Shown here in pieces: positions 34,601 to 45,550 of a stretch of DNA of 64,000 bases. Position numbers and translations under genes: made by a program. Every line of letters begins with the position of its first letter. Within the stretch, counting starts at the first letter, position 1. A model generated the notes under the pieces. It saw only the letters and a program-made list of their open reading frames with translations. It made no database searches and had not been told where the DNA came from. The DNA is from Carpediemonas membranifera BICM. Its lineage: Eukaryota; Protista; Fornicata. The stretch covers positions 62,001-126,000 of the forward strand of contig JAHDYR010000020.1 in NCBI GenBank assembly GCA_019828565.1, given 5' to 3'.

Positions 34601-34615
34601 TGTTGCGCAGTATAA
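34601..34615. mobile_element. Isolated copy of the TGTTGCGCAGTATAA terminus motif
   Basis: 15/15 match to 15627-15641 and 63545-63559. Confidence 0.55.
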
Positions 34616-35098
34616 CGTGAGGATCTGGTCCATCCGCCAGCCATCACCAGCATTGAACGGCCCTGAGTGCCGTTATAGGCCGTCCTGCTGTCTTCATAGA
34701 GGCCTTCTCCCACACTACCCTCGGCGAGGTGATCCTGGCACCTTACCCTGGCCCAGGCCCTGGACGCTCCGGTCATGGATGCACAATAACGACATCGCCC
34801 TCATCGAGGTAAGGTAAGGTTACAGCAGCTGAATGTGACGCGTTGTACAGCTGGAGCATAGAAGAAAGACAGTTACCGTTATTAAGGCCGCCCCATCATT
34901 GAAGCCCTCAACCCGCGTTTATAACAAGGATAAGACTGATGACCGGGTTATCTCCCCCCTTTACGAACTTGTGAACTTGGTCGAATTGAATTGGCTCCCC
35001 AAATCACCGCGTAGATAGTTTGGGCGATGGCCAATTGGTCACGTGCGATATCAGTCAGCTGTATGAATGAGCTGATGGGCCGACATAGACATAACGGC

Positions 35099-35404
35099 TC
35101 AGTGCATGCTAGCCTGGATCATGCGAGCCACTGCACGCTTCGTTTCACGCCCAGCGCTCATATGGAGGTCGCTCGAGAGGCATTTGACGTCATCGTCGAC
35201 TTTGATGGATACAAGACCCTCTGCAGTGATACTTCGAAGTTCCATGTATGCCTTCTTGCACTCGTCGGCAAACTGCCTATCCAAATCCGGCATTTCGGGG
35301 AAGCTGTCCATGTTCTCGCACAACGCGGCATTATCTAGAATATATGAACGAAAACCCAGCGTCTTCGGAACCTCTTTAGTCGGCTCCAATGACTCAAAGC
35401 TCAT
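35099..35404 (-). CDS. Hypothetical protein (may be partial)
   Basis: 101-aa ORF on the coding strand; no motif recognised. Confidence 0.35.
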   Translation of the reverse strand: MSFESLEPTKEVPKTLGFRSYILDNAALCENMDSFPEMPDLDRQFADECKKAYMELRSITAEGLVSIKVDDDVKCLSSDLHMSAGRETKRAVARMIQASMH

Positions 35405-35685
35405 GAATGCGGCAATCGCTCACTGCACCGATAATCGTGCGCATAAACTGCACGTCCAGAAGTGGATTTAACATGATGCAGTCACAAACATCACATAACA
35501 TAACAGTCGTGGCTGATGTGGGAGACATGCATGGCCTGCTAAGCACCAGAATGTGCCCACACCGACGCGCCGGTGGGGCATCGCCCGACCGTGTCGGGGG
35601 CCGCGCTGTGGTTGTTCCGGTAGCCTGGTAGTTCCGTGCAAAGAAGAATCTGTCCATGTGACGGAGTGTTGGGAATAACAGCCCA

Positions 35686-36357
35686 TCACTTATGGCTGAG
35701 CATGTCGATGAGCCCCCTCTGCTCCTGGGCCAGTCTCGTCAGCTCAGTGAGACTCGTCTTCAGTCTCTTGACCTCGGCCTTGGCCTTTCTCAACGCCTCC
35801 TTGGTCGGCTGTCTGGCGTTTTGCCTCGCCTTGAGCATGGCTGCCACCCTGTCCCTGTCCCGCCTGAGCTCGCGGCCGGTCTCTCTCTCCACGTCAAGCT
35901 GGGACCTCAGCTGCCTCACAGTCGCCTCAAGGTTCCTGATGTGGTGCTCATCGAACCTTGGCGCCGGGGACCTGCTCCGGGACCGACGGCGACGGCCCAT
36001 GGGAGGGCGGGATGGTGTGGATGGTTTGCTTGGGGTCTTGGACTTCTTGTCCGCTCTCTCCACGTCTGTTTTGATCTTGGCGAGGTGGGCCTGGAGTGAG
36101 GCGAGCTGGGCATCAAAGTCGGACGACATGTGGTCTCCAAACTGCTCGAGTGCGGGAATTTCTTCATCCAGAGCTGATTCGTCAACAGAGAATGCATAGG
36201 AGGAGAGAACGGAGGATTCGTCGATCGAGACGTCCGAACCGGGGCTCGAAGCTGATGGTGAATGAAATGAGACGCCGGGAGCAGAATTTCTGACCGATTC
36301 TCCAAATTCACCTAGTTTTTGATCCAGAAGACTGTTCAATCTCGCGCGAATGTCCAT
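35686..36357 (-). CDS. Hypothetical coiled-coil protein
   Basis: ORF with heptad-rich C-terminus. Confidence 0.65.
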   Translation of the reverse strand: MDIRARLNSLLDQKLGEFGESVRNSAPGVSFHSPSASSPGSDVSIDESSVLSSYAFSVDESALDEEIPALEQFGDHMSSDFDAQLASLQAHLAKIKTDVERADKKSKTPSKPSTPSRPPMGRRRRSRSRSPAPRFDEHHIRNLEATVRQLRSQLDVERETGRELRRDRDRVAAMLKARQNARQPTKEALRKAKAEVKRLKTSLTELTRLAQEQRGLIDMLSHK

Positions 36358-36555
36358 GGTCACCGTTGTCCGCCGTCTTTCTAGGTGCAGTTTATGCAGA
36401 AATTTTCTTGTCTGTTTCAGCCCTCTCGTCGGAGCACACGCGGCAGTGCATGCCTAGCCTGCTCGTTCGATTGATAAATACGTCAAAATCTCCCCCCTCA
36501 TCATCAGCAGAACAATGACTATTGCGAAAGAGACACATTACCACCAGCCCTTTAC

Positions 36556-38019
36556 TCACGCGTGGAGTCCCAGCATTTGCACAAGGTTGACACTGCCTTC
36601 CACCTTCCTCGGGGGCCGGGGCACACTGCCGTTCTTGGCCTTGTTCTCGTTGGCGAAGCGGCCTCTGCTGAAAAGCGCAGCCGCTGCCTGGCTGAACGAC
36701 CGGGGTCCGAGCCGCAGGATCTGCTGGATGTCGTACTCCTGCGGCAGGGCCAGACGGCTCGGGTCCGGCATCTGGCCGCCGTGCGCGGGTACGACTGTGG
36801 GGGCGAGGGCCACGACGCCGGGTGTGGGCGGGGCCGTGATTGCTGTGGGGCGGGCGGGAGTCGGCGCGGTGCCGGCCCAAGTGGACGCTGTCTGCTGCTG
36901 CATCTGGACGGCGTTCATGAGCAGGCCCTGGGGGGTGGGGCCGGCGGGGAAGCCCGGAGGCAGGTCGGGCGGGGGATTCTGTCGCGAGCGGCTCGTCGAT
37001 GCTGCTCTCGACTGGCTCTGGCTCTGGCTGCCCTTCTTCTTCTGCCCGAGGGCCTCTGCAGGAGTGGGGAAGTCCGTCTTGGAGTTGCTGTCAGGAATGG
37101 GTGTCGCGGGCTTGCTCTTCGACTTCCCGACATTTGCCCAGGGCGCGGGCGAGCTGCTGATGGGTGCAACCGAGCTCTCCTTCTTGCCACTGCCGGGCGG
37201 GGGCGGGAAGCACTTGTCCTGATCAGGGGTGGCAGCGAACGTCACTCGCCCAGACGGCAGTGTCGGCTTCACAAGCTGGTTGAACGACGTCCGCGCGGGC
37301 CCGTGTGCCTTGTCCCTGGCCCCAAGCACCTCCTCGCCCAGCTCGTGGAGGTACATGCACTCCGGGTTGGAGCAGGAGCGGTGCTGCAGGAAGTTCGAAC
37401 AGTACTTTGTAGTCCCAAACGACGCCTGGATCTGCTTGCCGCCGAAGTACGTTCCATCGACTGCTACGATCGCCGTCGTGGCATCCTCGGACTTAGCAAA
37501 TGTCGCATACGCGCAGGCAGAGTCGTGCGACGTGTTGCCGCTGTTGATAATGATCTTCGTGATCTTGCCGTACTGTCCCAACATCGAATGCTGCCTGAGG
37601 ATGGACTCCCGGGCGATATTCGAGGGCAGATTCACGAGATAGACGAGGTTTCGTTGCAACACACGGACATTCGTCAAATGTGACAGATCATCCTGCCGGT
37701 TCCACACACTGTCCTGCGAGTGAGTCCGGTAGAAGCTTCCTCCACCGTTCCGGGACATACTTTGCTTGTTTGACCTCGTTACGGGCTCCACGTTGACTTG
37801 GACGTCCTCGTAGTGCGCATCCTTGTCGTCGTATGGTTTCCTGCACGCTGGGCACCGGGCATCTGTCTGCTTCAATTTGTGAAGGCAGAAACGACACACC
37901 TGGTACTTGCAGGGGCAGGGGAAGAAGCATATCTCAGTTGTGTCCAGTTTCTCTCCGCATAGCGGACACAGTGGCTCATCGTCATCAATTTCGTCCAAAA
38001 GTGTTTGCCATTTCTCCAT
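36556..38019 (-). CDS. NOT4: CCR4-NOT subunit 4 (RING + RRM E3 ligase)
   Basis: CPLC...FFPCPCKYQVCRFC...CPACRKPY; RVLQRNLVY; SFGTTKYC; CMYLHE. Confidence 0.95.
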   Translation of the reverse strand: MEKWQTLLDEIDDDEPLCPLCGEKLDTTEICFFPCPCKYQVCRFCLHKLKQTDARCPACRKPYDDKDAHYEDVQVNVEPVTRSNKQSMSRNGGGSFYRTHSQDSVWNRQDDLSHLTNVRVLQRNLVYLVNLPSNIARESILRQHSMLGQYGKITKIIINSGNTSHDSACAYATFAKSEDATTAIVAVDGTYFGGKQIQASFGTTKYCSNFLQHRSCSNPECMYLHELGEEVLGARDKAHGPARTSFNQLVKPTLPSGRVTFAATPDQDKCFPPPPGSGKKESSVAPISSSPAPWANVGKSKSKPATPIPDSNSKTDFPTPAEALGQKKKGSQSQSQSRAASTSRSRQNPPPDLPPGFPAGPTPQGLLMNAVQMQQQTASTWAGTAPTPARPTAITAPPTPGVVALAPTVVPAHGGQMPDPSRLALPQEYDIQQILRLGPRSFSQAAAALFSRGRFANENKAKNGSVPRPPRKVEGSVNLVQMLGLHA

Positions 38020-38086
38020 TTTGGGCTATGTAGTTCTCCTTCTGAGAATCCTTCCAAGCGCAATAGCAGAACGTGCACTTTAAGGT

Positions 38087-38204
38087 TGTTGCGCAGGCAG
38101 GGGGGCTTACCGCCAACATTCGTCCTGACGGATGATATTGTACAGTTTGGCACTTATATCGTTCCTTTCAGGCCCTGTCTTGGAGGTTCGATCACTGCAC
38201 AACA
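38087..38204 (+). mobile_element. Miniature non-coding Fanzor-A derivative bounded by imperfect inverted repeats
   Basis: 38109-38191 is the reverse complement of the 63.57-63.65 kb module; flanked by TGTTGCGCAG and CTGCACAACA; no TSD seen. Confidence 0.7.
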
Positions 38205-38568
38205 GCGCAGGGGACTCGAAGAAGGCACATTGTACCCCGGGCGACAGATCTATACAGTATATACGCTGTTCTCTCATATTGCCGCGTTTTTTTGATTTCG
38301 CAATTCTGCGCCAAACTATGGCGCGAAGAATTGGTCGCAAGCGATGTCCCACAAATATTTGCGACACCGATTGTGTGCTCTAAAGCGACAAACAAACAAT
38401 TGGGGGCTTTAATAATTAACAGGGGTCGACACCAATGTGTCGAGCTGATTGGATTGCCAATCAAATTATGAATGACACTTGACAACGGGCCGGAAATCAC
38501 CGCCAGCAGACGACCATCGCTGTCACTAAAGAAATGTGTAACACTGCTGAAACAACAGGACAGCACCG

Positions 38569-39705
38569 TCACCGGCCAAGGTCCTCGAGCCGCATTCTCC
38601 TATGGGGGACACCCTTTCCTCTCCCTCCCTGCTCAAGCTCCACTGGGCCGACGATGGTGCCCTCATCAGGGGACCTAGGGACGACGGGGAAACGGCCACG
38701 GACACCCACAGATGAGCTGCGGGCCTTATCATCGCCCAGGTCGACTCTGGGGCGGGCTGGGCGGGCCCTCGTGTCGTTGGCGGCTGGGGCACGGGCTCGG
38801 TCGGCAAGCTTGTGGCTGATAAGGCTGGGCGTGGGTCGAGGCACGCCGGACTGGCCCTTCGCCCGTTCATAGCCCAAGCCGTGTCCGACGCTAGGCCCTG
38901 GCTGGACCTGGATCGGCGGGGGTGCCCGCTGTGTCGGGGCGACGGCCTGCTGCGGCCTCTCGTTCTCATCGGGCTTGGAGGGCAGCTCCTTTCCGCGGGT
39001 CGCGTAGGAAGCATACCCCTCCCTGCGTCTGGGGGCACTGGCCTTGGCAGGCTTCACAGTCTTCTTCTTAGCGACAGTCTGGACCCCTACTGAGGCCATA
39101 CTAGGCGACACAGCCGTCTGTGTATCCGCGTCTGTGCCCGCTGGCCTTGGGGCTGAGCCATGGACGAAGCCGGCGAGTTCCTCCTTGAGGGTCTCAATCT
39201 TGGTAGTCTGCAGCTTCACCACTACCTGGAGCTTCTCCTTGGACATCTTCAGGAGTCCGGCGAGCTTCTCTAGCCGGGCTACCTCTGCCCTGAGGTCCTC
39301 GAGCTCGGCAGACGCACCCTCGCCGACACTCTGACTCTTCTGGGCGACAGGCGATGTTGTCTTGTCCAGTGTCAGTGACACAGGGCTGGTGGGACCCACA
39401 GACCGGTCGACGAAGCTCCTACGGGCGATCGGGGGGGTCTGGATCGGATGCATGCTTGGCTCGGTTGGTTCAGGTGTTGCGGTGTGCATAAGGCGCTCTT
39501 CCATTGTATCTACCAAGTCCTGCTCCTGGATGACGGGAATTGGCTCTTGTTTCGGTTTTGCTGGCGTCTCTATCTGAATGTCGGTGAGGCGCTTGAGCAC
39601 GCTGTCTAACATATCAGAATCCAGCGATCTGTCATTAGTTGATATGCTTTCCGCTCCAGCTTCATCTGGATCACCTTTGAAACTGCTCCAAAGCCTCGCA
39701 AACAT
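38569..39705 (-). CDS. Hypothetical protein, central coiled coil, disordered
   Basis: 378-aa ATG-initiated ORF. Confidence 0.65.
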   Translation of the reverse strand: MFARLWSSFKGDPDEAGAESISTNDRSLDSDMLDSVLKRLTDIQIETPAKPKQEPIPVIQEQDLVDTMEERLMHTATPEPTEPSMHPIQTPPIARRSFVDRSVGPTSPVSLTLDKTTSPVAQKSQSVGEGASAELEDLRAEVARLEKLAGLLKMSKEKLQVVVKLQTTKIETLKEELAGFVHGSAPRPAGTDADTQTAVSPSMASVGVQTVAKKKTVKPAKASAPRRREGYASYATRGKELPSKPDENERPQQAVAPTQRAPPPIQVQPGPSVGHGLGYERAKGQSGVPRPTPSLISHKLADRARAPAANDTRARPARPRVDLGDDKARSSSVGVRGRFPVVPRSPDEGTIVGPVELEQGGRGKGVPHRRMRLEDLGR

Positions 39706-39880
39706 TTGCTTAACTCGCGTCCTCCTGTGAATGTCGCTCGAACGACACGGCTGTTCTGTAGTAGAAGCTGTGTTCCTTATGGTTGTTGCACAACGCCATT
39801 TCGTAGCCCTTGGCCAAACCCCACCCCTTTCCGGGCTGAGTACTCCGACGTATCTTCGACGAATTAACAGTATTCATGCT

Positions 39881-40663
39881 TTATTCTCCGCACGCGGCAC
39901 GTCTCTTCGCAAGCAGGGCCTGCAACTGGTTATCCATGGGGTTGACCATGCCCATGCCGCCGACACGGGGCTTGGGCTTGGGCTTCGGCTTGGGCACAGG
40001 AGCTTCGCCTTCAGCTTCAGCTTCGGCCTCACCTTCCTCGGTGGGAGCCACAGGGGCCTCGCCATCCTCGGGAACAGCGGCGGGGGCTGTCTCTTCACTC
40101 TCGGGCAGGCCCTCGTCAGGCAGAGCCTCCTCGGTCTCCTCAGTGGGTTCGGCAGGTTCGGCGAGTTCGGCAGGCTCAGCGGGTTCGTGCTTCTCCTCAG
40201 GTTCCTTCTCTACCTCCTGGTCATCCTGCTCCTCAACCTGCGTCTCAGGCTGAGTCTCTTCGGCGGGTTCGACTGGGTCTGCCACCTCCTCCTCTTTTGG
40301 CTCCTCAGGTTCCGTCAGCGCAGCAGCAATCACAGACGGCGGGGGTCTACGGCGTCTAGTTGCTACGCGCGGCCGCGTGGTGGTGAGCGGGGGGAGGATG
40401 TCTTCCCGCTTCCTCTGAGCTTGGATGAACTCAGAAACAACGAATGCAGCAAATAAGAGTGGGTTCTGCTTCGGGATTTCCGAAACAAGATGAGGTCTGT
40501 TGTCGTTGATCCACACCTGGATCGCGTTCGAGCCGTTCTCCGTCAGAAAGCTCAGGAACTTGTCCACCTCGTACTGGCAGTTTGTCAATGTCTTGAAAGC
40601 CTTGTCTATCGTGTCATACAGCCCTTGTACTTCATCCACTGCGGTAGTAAAACCTGCCTGCAT
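39881..40663 (-). CDS. Hypothetical Glu/Pro-rich protein
   Basis: 260-aa ORF; C-terminal QLQALLAKRR may be an actin-binding-type motif (speculative). Confidence 0.65.
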   Translation of the reverse strand: MQAGFTTAVDEVQGLYDTIDKAFKTLTNCQYEVDKFLSFLTENGSNAIQVWINDNRPHLVSEIPKQNPLLFAAFVVSEFIQAQRKREDILPPLTTTRPRVATRRRRPPPSVIAAALTEPEEPKEEEVADPVEPAEETQPETQVEEQDDQEVEKEPEEKHEPAEPAELAEPAEPTEETEEALPDEGLPESEETAPAAVPEDGEAPVAPTEEGEAEAEAEGEAPVPKPKPKPKPRVGGMGMVNPMDNQLQALLAKRRAACGE

Positions 40664-40972
40664 GATATCTTTGCGTCTTGTCTTGAAGTTCGTAGTCTTG
40701 TGGTTAAAGTGCGTCGCAAGAAAAATTCACCGCATGATGCTCAAGTAGAATACATACATGACTGATCAGATGGTAGACCCGTCAACCTTCCGACTCCTTA
40801 TTCGTGGAAAAAACTTAATTAATAACAGGTCGACCAACTGCCCTGAGAAACAGACTGAGTCGACGGGTAAAGGCTAATGCCGCACACTGATAGGCCAGCG
40901 ACTGCAGGCACCAGTAAAATCGATTGTCAGAATATTTTACCGGAATTTTCCCAGAAAACGTGACAAAAAAAG

Positions 40973-41656
40973 TTAAACATAGAATAGGCTGTGCGTCAGG
41001 CTCTGCTCGTACGCCAGCCCCACACCGGCCAAAACCCCGTCCGCAACAGACGGCCACTGATTCGGATGATACGCACCGAGCTTAGTGGCAATGTCGAAGG
41101 CGACAATGGCCCCAAGAGAGGCCCCGGCGATAGAGTCCACGGTGGCAATGTTGACAAGAAGCAGCTCGTCCACGTCGCCCCGCTGCAGCTCCATGGCAAT
41201 GAACTGGGCGAGTTCGGAATAGACGATGCGGTCAAACGTGATGACGAGCGACGGTAGTGCCACATGCCGTCCTCGGAACGTTTGCTGGAAGCTCTCGGGG
41301 CAGTCCTTAACGGTCATATCCCGCTCGAGCATGGCAATTATGCCCTCGCGAGTGTAAAAATCGGCACCGCGGCGCATGCATTCGTCGATAAGGCGTTGAT
41401 AGGTTGTCTTGCTGCCGGGCGACCGCGCGAGGCCACTGGGGCTGAACTGTGCTGTAAGGGGGAAGCCAGTGGGTGATGGAAGCCGAATAGCGTCCGCAGC
41501 ACCATAGCTTCCGATGAGTTCCGCCGGATAACCCTGTTCCAAGAAGAACCGATGGGCTTCGATACTTCTATTGACGTTACTCGCACATACAAGTGCTGTC
41601 CTGAATAATATAGGCCCAGGATCATCAATCATCGTCCCACTGTCCCCCTGCACCAT
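40973..41656 (-). CDS. SSU72: RNA polymerase II CTD phosphatase Ssu72
   Basis: VCASNVNRSIEAH, SYG....IRLP, Y...GI..ML.R...K..PE.FQ. Confidence 0.9.
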   Translation of the reverse strand: MVQGDSGTMIDDPGPILFRTALVCASNVNRSIEAHRFFLEQGYPAELIGSYGAADAIRLPSPTGFPLTAQFSPSGLARSPGSKTTYQRLIDECMRRGADFYTREGIIAMLERDMTVKDCPESFQQTFRGRHVALPSLVITFDRIVYSELAQFIAMELQRGDVDELLLVNIATVDSIAGASLGAIVAFDIATKLGAYHPNQWPSVADGVLAGVGLAYEQSLTHSLFYV

Positions 41657-41877
41657 TGTACTTCGTTATTTGTGTATCGTTACGGCGAGCATTTTTGGCG
41701 GAGACATGAAGAGTGCTTTCTGCGCGAGGCTGCCTCAGCCGGGCATCAGGAAGGTGTCGATTGTCCAGAAGAACGCGCTAACGGGGAACACAGGGTGTAT
41801 GACGCTGACCAAGCCCCGCGATCGACTGAGAGCAGATCAGCACGTTTATGTGAGACATGAAACAGCCACACCTGCCC

Positions 41878-42597
41878 TCAGGCCTCCTCGTCCTTCTTCT
41901 TCCAGCTATTCTTCTCGAGCGCGCTGAGCTGCGAGGACACGATGGCGATAAACAGCGCCGTGCCGTCCACCGTTACAAAGGTGTACGTGGGGATGAAGCC
42001 GACCGCAGTGAGGAGGGTGATACACAACCAAAGCGTCCCACACAGCATCAGCACCTCCCGCAGTCCATCGAAGCACACCCGGTCCCAGAAGGTGAGCCCA
42101 AACAGCATCACCACGACGAGGGTGTTCATCCCGTAACCGAGCCAGTAGCCAGTATCGCCGTCCCACCACCAGTCGGTGACCTTGGCGCCAGACCAGCATG
42201 CACCGATGATGATTGCGCGAATGAGCATCCATGCGTTCCACTTGCCCAGGACGGCACGGGGAAAGAGGGCTGGGAAGCCAAGGCGGCGCCACTTGCCCTC
42301 GCGGTAGATCACTATGGGGCGGATGTGGAGGGCTCGACCGACGGCACAGCCGAAGATGGTGCCAACGATGCCCTGGAGAGGATCGCCGATGAGGGAATCG
42401 TAATGGTTCTCGATGGACTCGTTGCCGCCGAAATACGAGCCGATGGAGATGAATGAGAGCGCTTCTAACAGTTCCCAGATGAATGCCATTGCGATGGAGA
42501 TGGAAACATCTTGTGTGAGGAAGTACAGAAACAGGGGGTTGAGGATGTGCTGCACTGGCCATGCATCCATTTCAAGGGCAAATTCAAAGCGATCCAT
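41878..42597 (-). CDS. Hypothetical multi-pass membrane protein
   Basis: Several hydrophobic segments; WELLE...ES......IGD pattern. Confidence 0.7.
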   Translation of the reverse strand: MDRFEFALEMDAWPVQHILNPLFLYFLTQDVSISIAMAFIWELLEALSFISIGSYFGGNESIENHYDSLIGDPLQGIVGTIFGCAVGRALHIRPIVIYREGKWRRLGFPALFPRAVLGKWNAWMLIRAIIIGACWSGAKVTDWWWDGDTGYWLGYGMNTLVVVMLFGLTFWDRVCFDGLREVLMLCGTLWLCITLLTAVGFIPTYTFVTVDGTALFIAIVSSQLSALEKNSWKKKDEEA

Positions 42598-42926
42598 GGC
42601 AAGTAGTGCTCCTATGGGTGTGTAGGCGTGTCATTGCGGAATGACGCGTTTTGTCAGAAAAGATCTTGGAATCTTGTGCGAGTTGTTAGGACGCGCGGAT
42701 GTTGGATAAACTACTGTAGAGGTTCGCAGAGGCGTCGTTCATACCCAAACTAGCGTTGAAGCTGCGCGTTGACAGCTGTGTATCTGCAGTGAACGTCTGC
42801 CCGATCAACAAAGAAAAAGCTTCCACGAGACAGCAACTCGATATTCTTTGATGTATTGTCGTCATTATCGACATTGCATCCTCTGCACCATCGCCGTAGA
42901 GTGCTTGCGGCTGTGAATCCCATCCC

Positions 42927-43175
42927 TCAGTCCTTTCTCTGGGTGTAGTACGATGCACTGGGGAGCGGAGGCATGAAGTGCTTATACCAGTCTGTATAAG
43001 AGGCAACAAGCGTTAAAACGAACTGATGACGTTCTCACGGTGCTTCACACCGGAATCGTGGTCTCGGCGAGCACTCATAGAGTCGTGAGCAAGGTAAACT
43101 GTGTTAGTGCATCACATAGCCGTAGCATGCTAACATACCGTCACAGTACGGACAGTAATAACGATTCTTCGTCAT
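42927..43175 (-). CDS. SNRPC: U1 snRNP protein C (not in the ORF track); introns 43099-43138 and 42992-43023
   Basis: Spliced MTKNRYYCPYCDVYLAHDSMSARRDHDSGVKHRENVINWYKHFMPPLPSASYYTQRKD matches the U1-C zinc finger YCDYCD.YL.HDS.S.R..H..G.KH.ENV. Confidence 0.9.
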
Positions 43176-43184
43176 TTTAATCGA

Positions 43185-43320
43185 AGGGTTTTTGAATGAA
43201 GTATCATAATGTGCACAGTGCAAGCACTGCGTCTCTCCACTTCAATTAGCTTGCCCGGAGGCGAAGACAAGCGGCTGGTTAGCCATAATTGGTGTATTGG
43301 GGTTATAGTTGGGAAGACGG
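43185..43320 (-). ncRNA. Candidate omegaRNA scaffold of Fanzor family B
   Basis: Overlaps the ORF end; shares CGTCTTCC.AACT...GGCTAACC.GCC with family A, followed by hairpins GCTTGTCT/GGGCAAGC and CAGTG-CTTG-CACTG. Confidence 0.55.
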
Positions 43321-44815
43321 GCTGGAGGTCTTGGATTTCTGAAAGCACTGGCTTGATGCTGTGCATCCGTCATGAGGCCGCAATCCAAGATGTTCTGTGC
43401 AGCAGTCTTGTCTCTGTGGGAGAGATTGAGCCAAGTGGTGGTACACTTTCTCGTCCCCTCGTTGATGATCTGAACGATGTTCTCATGGACAAACCTAATC
43501 GACTGTTTGAGAGCCTCTAGACTTGTCGTTTTGAACGATGCTGCGCTCATATTCACGCGGAAAGAGGGGGTGGCAGTGTAGCCACACTTAGCGAGTACGC
43601 CAGATACACTCTGCCCGTCTGGGCGGCGGATCGTGTAGCCGCCCAGCGACCGAGCACCAGGGTCGAAGCCCATGAGAGCTTGAATGTCCGGGGCAGGAGT
43701 AGCCTCGGCGTCATCCTGACAGAGCCGAGCCCGCTTGTTGCTGCTACCCTTTTTGTACGTGGGCCGTTCAGCCACCCGACCGCCACGGTATTTCTCGCGA
43801 ACCACCCAAACCGTCACAGCAACAGAGACCCCGTCAGTCTTCACAGAGAGCACTCTGCGGAGCTTGGTGATGTCGCCGTGATCACGCTCGTATCTATCAA
43901 CCTGCTCGTCGGTCAAGTTGCTCTTCGCTGACCAATCCCGATAGACACGGAGGCGCCTCTTCATCGCTGGGGTGAGCGACATATAACCGTACTCGATGGT
44001 CATGAACCCAGGCCTGACCGGCGCCATCGGCACGAACGGAACGAGCTTCGGCTCTGGCAGGGCCTGACTGAGCTCGAGGTTCACGGCACGAGTGAGTGTG
44101 ACCAGCTTGGTCACTGCAGCACTCATGCGCGTGACGCACGACAGCACGCCGACAAGGGCCTCGGCCACGGTACCAGTGCGACCCACCCGTTGCCCCTCGG
44201 GCGATGCATGCATTTGACGATGATGCATGCCATGATCGGCGGCTATGGCGGCAACCTCAGTGTCGAGCTCGCCTTGGGTGTCGAGAAAATCCTGTCGAAC
44301 ACCCGGCCGATCATGGAGGAGCGGACGCACCCGTTCTAATCCAGCACGAAGACGGGTCAGGTACCCGGGTGACGCGCGCGAGAGCCAGACCCGGGTGGCT
44401 GTGGAGTACTCGCCCAACCAGCTCTGAAATGGCGCTGCAATTCCAACGTAGGCTTCCCTGAAGTCCCGGACGAGTGGGGTTATGTCAGGGTCCCTCCACA
44501 TCTCCAGGTCGCCAATCCACCTGCACCGATCCGCTGCCTTTGCCTTCGACACCTTTTGCTGAGCAATGCTGACGATCTGCTTGAGGACCTCCTGGTCGAA
44601 CAGGTTGACCGTCCTCGGTGGGTCAACGCGTGCGCAGATGCAGAGACGCACGCAAGCAGGCAAGTGAATGTGTACTTAGCCTGCGTGAGAGAACGCATGC
44701 CGGGTTCAAGATTTCCTCGCCGCGGCGCGTTGTTATCGCCTCCACCGTTAATCTCGCCAATGGCCTTGTTAACGGAAGCCTTCACCGTGTATATCTTGGA
44801 AGGTATTGGAGTCTA
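43242..44815 (-). pseudogene. Fanzor1-like (TnpB/Cas12-related) nuclease, family B; frameshifted near 44660 and internally deleted
   Basis: SVKTDGVSVAV, RuvC-I MGFDPG, RuvC-III HRDKTAAQNIL; N-terminal IYTVKASVNKAI in another frame; zinc finger missing. Confidence 0.8.
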
Positions 44816-45550
44816 TTGAGCTGCCTGCATCGATCATTTCTTTTCAGGGTTCATCAGCTAGCAGCATCCCTCAAAACACAAGAAACCAGCATCATACAGC
44901 ACAAAGCGTCTTTACTACTAGCTACAACCGCTTTCCACCACTAGTGTCTCTCACAACAGACGAAGACGACGAAGACGACGACGTCATGAGCTTCAGACGC
45001 CGGCAATGGACGACAGATGAGCGCGTAACAGACGAGCACAGACGCGACTGTGAGTCTCGCAGTTGTCGCGCCAATCACTAGCAGCGGCTTGCTGTCAACC
45101 GTAAACAGCTCTGGGGGGACAGGGATGCTTGTGATCTTGAGCCGCGCCCGGTTGGCCTCGGCCTCTGATAGCAGCAGCGAACAGTCTGCCCCCGAGTCCG
45201 GGTCAATCATACGGTAAACTCTCCGCAGCGTCGTGGTCGCTCGGGAGGCAGCCAAAGAGGTCTGTGATGTGTGATCGTGGGTGAGCATGGTGAACGGGCT
45301 GAAGGGAAGTCATTTAATCCCGCCCCAAAGATGCATTGAGAACAAGTCAGCCAAGGTGACCTCGCCCCCGGATGAAGACGGTCAAAGGCAACGACTTCGC
45401 ATGAGCAGAAAGATACCCCTATACGAGGCGCATGTCTCCAGGACCCAACCCCACCGCAGCTGAGTAGACCTTGGACCACCGGGACAATGACTGCGGCAAC
45501 GACAGTGCCACCGCTGACGTTGTCCCCGCCCCTTCACGTCAACGTCACCT

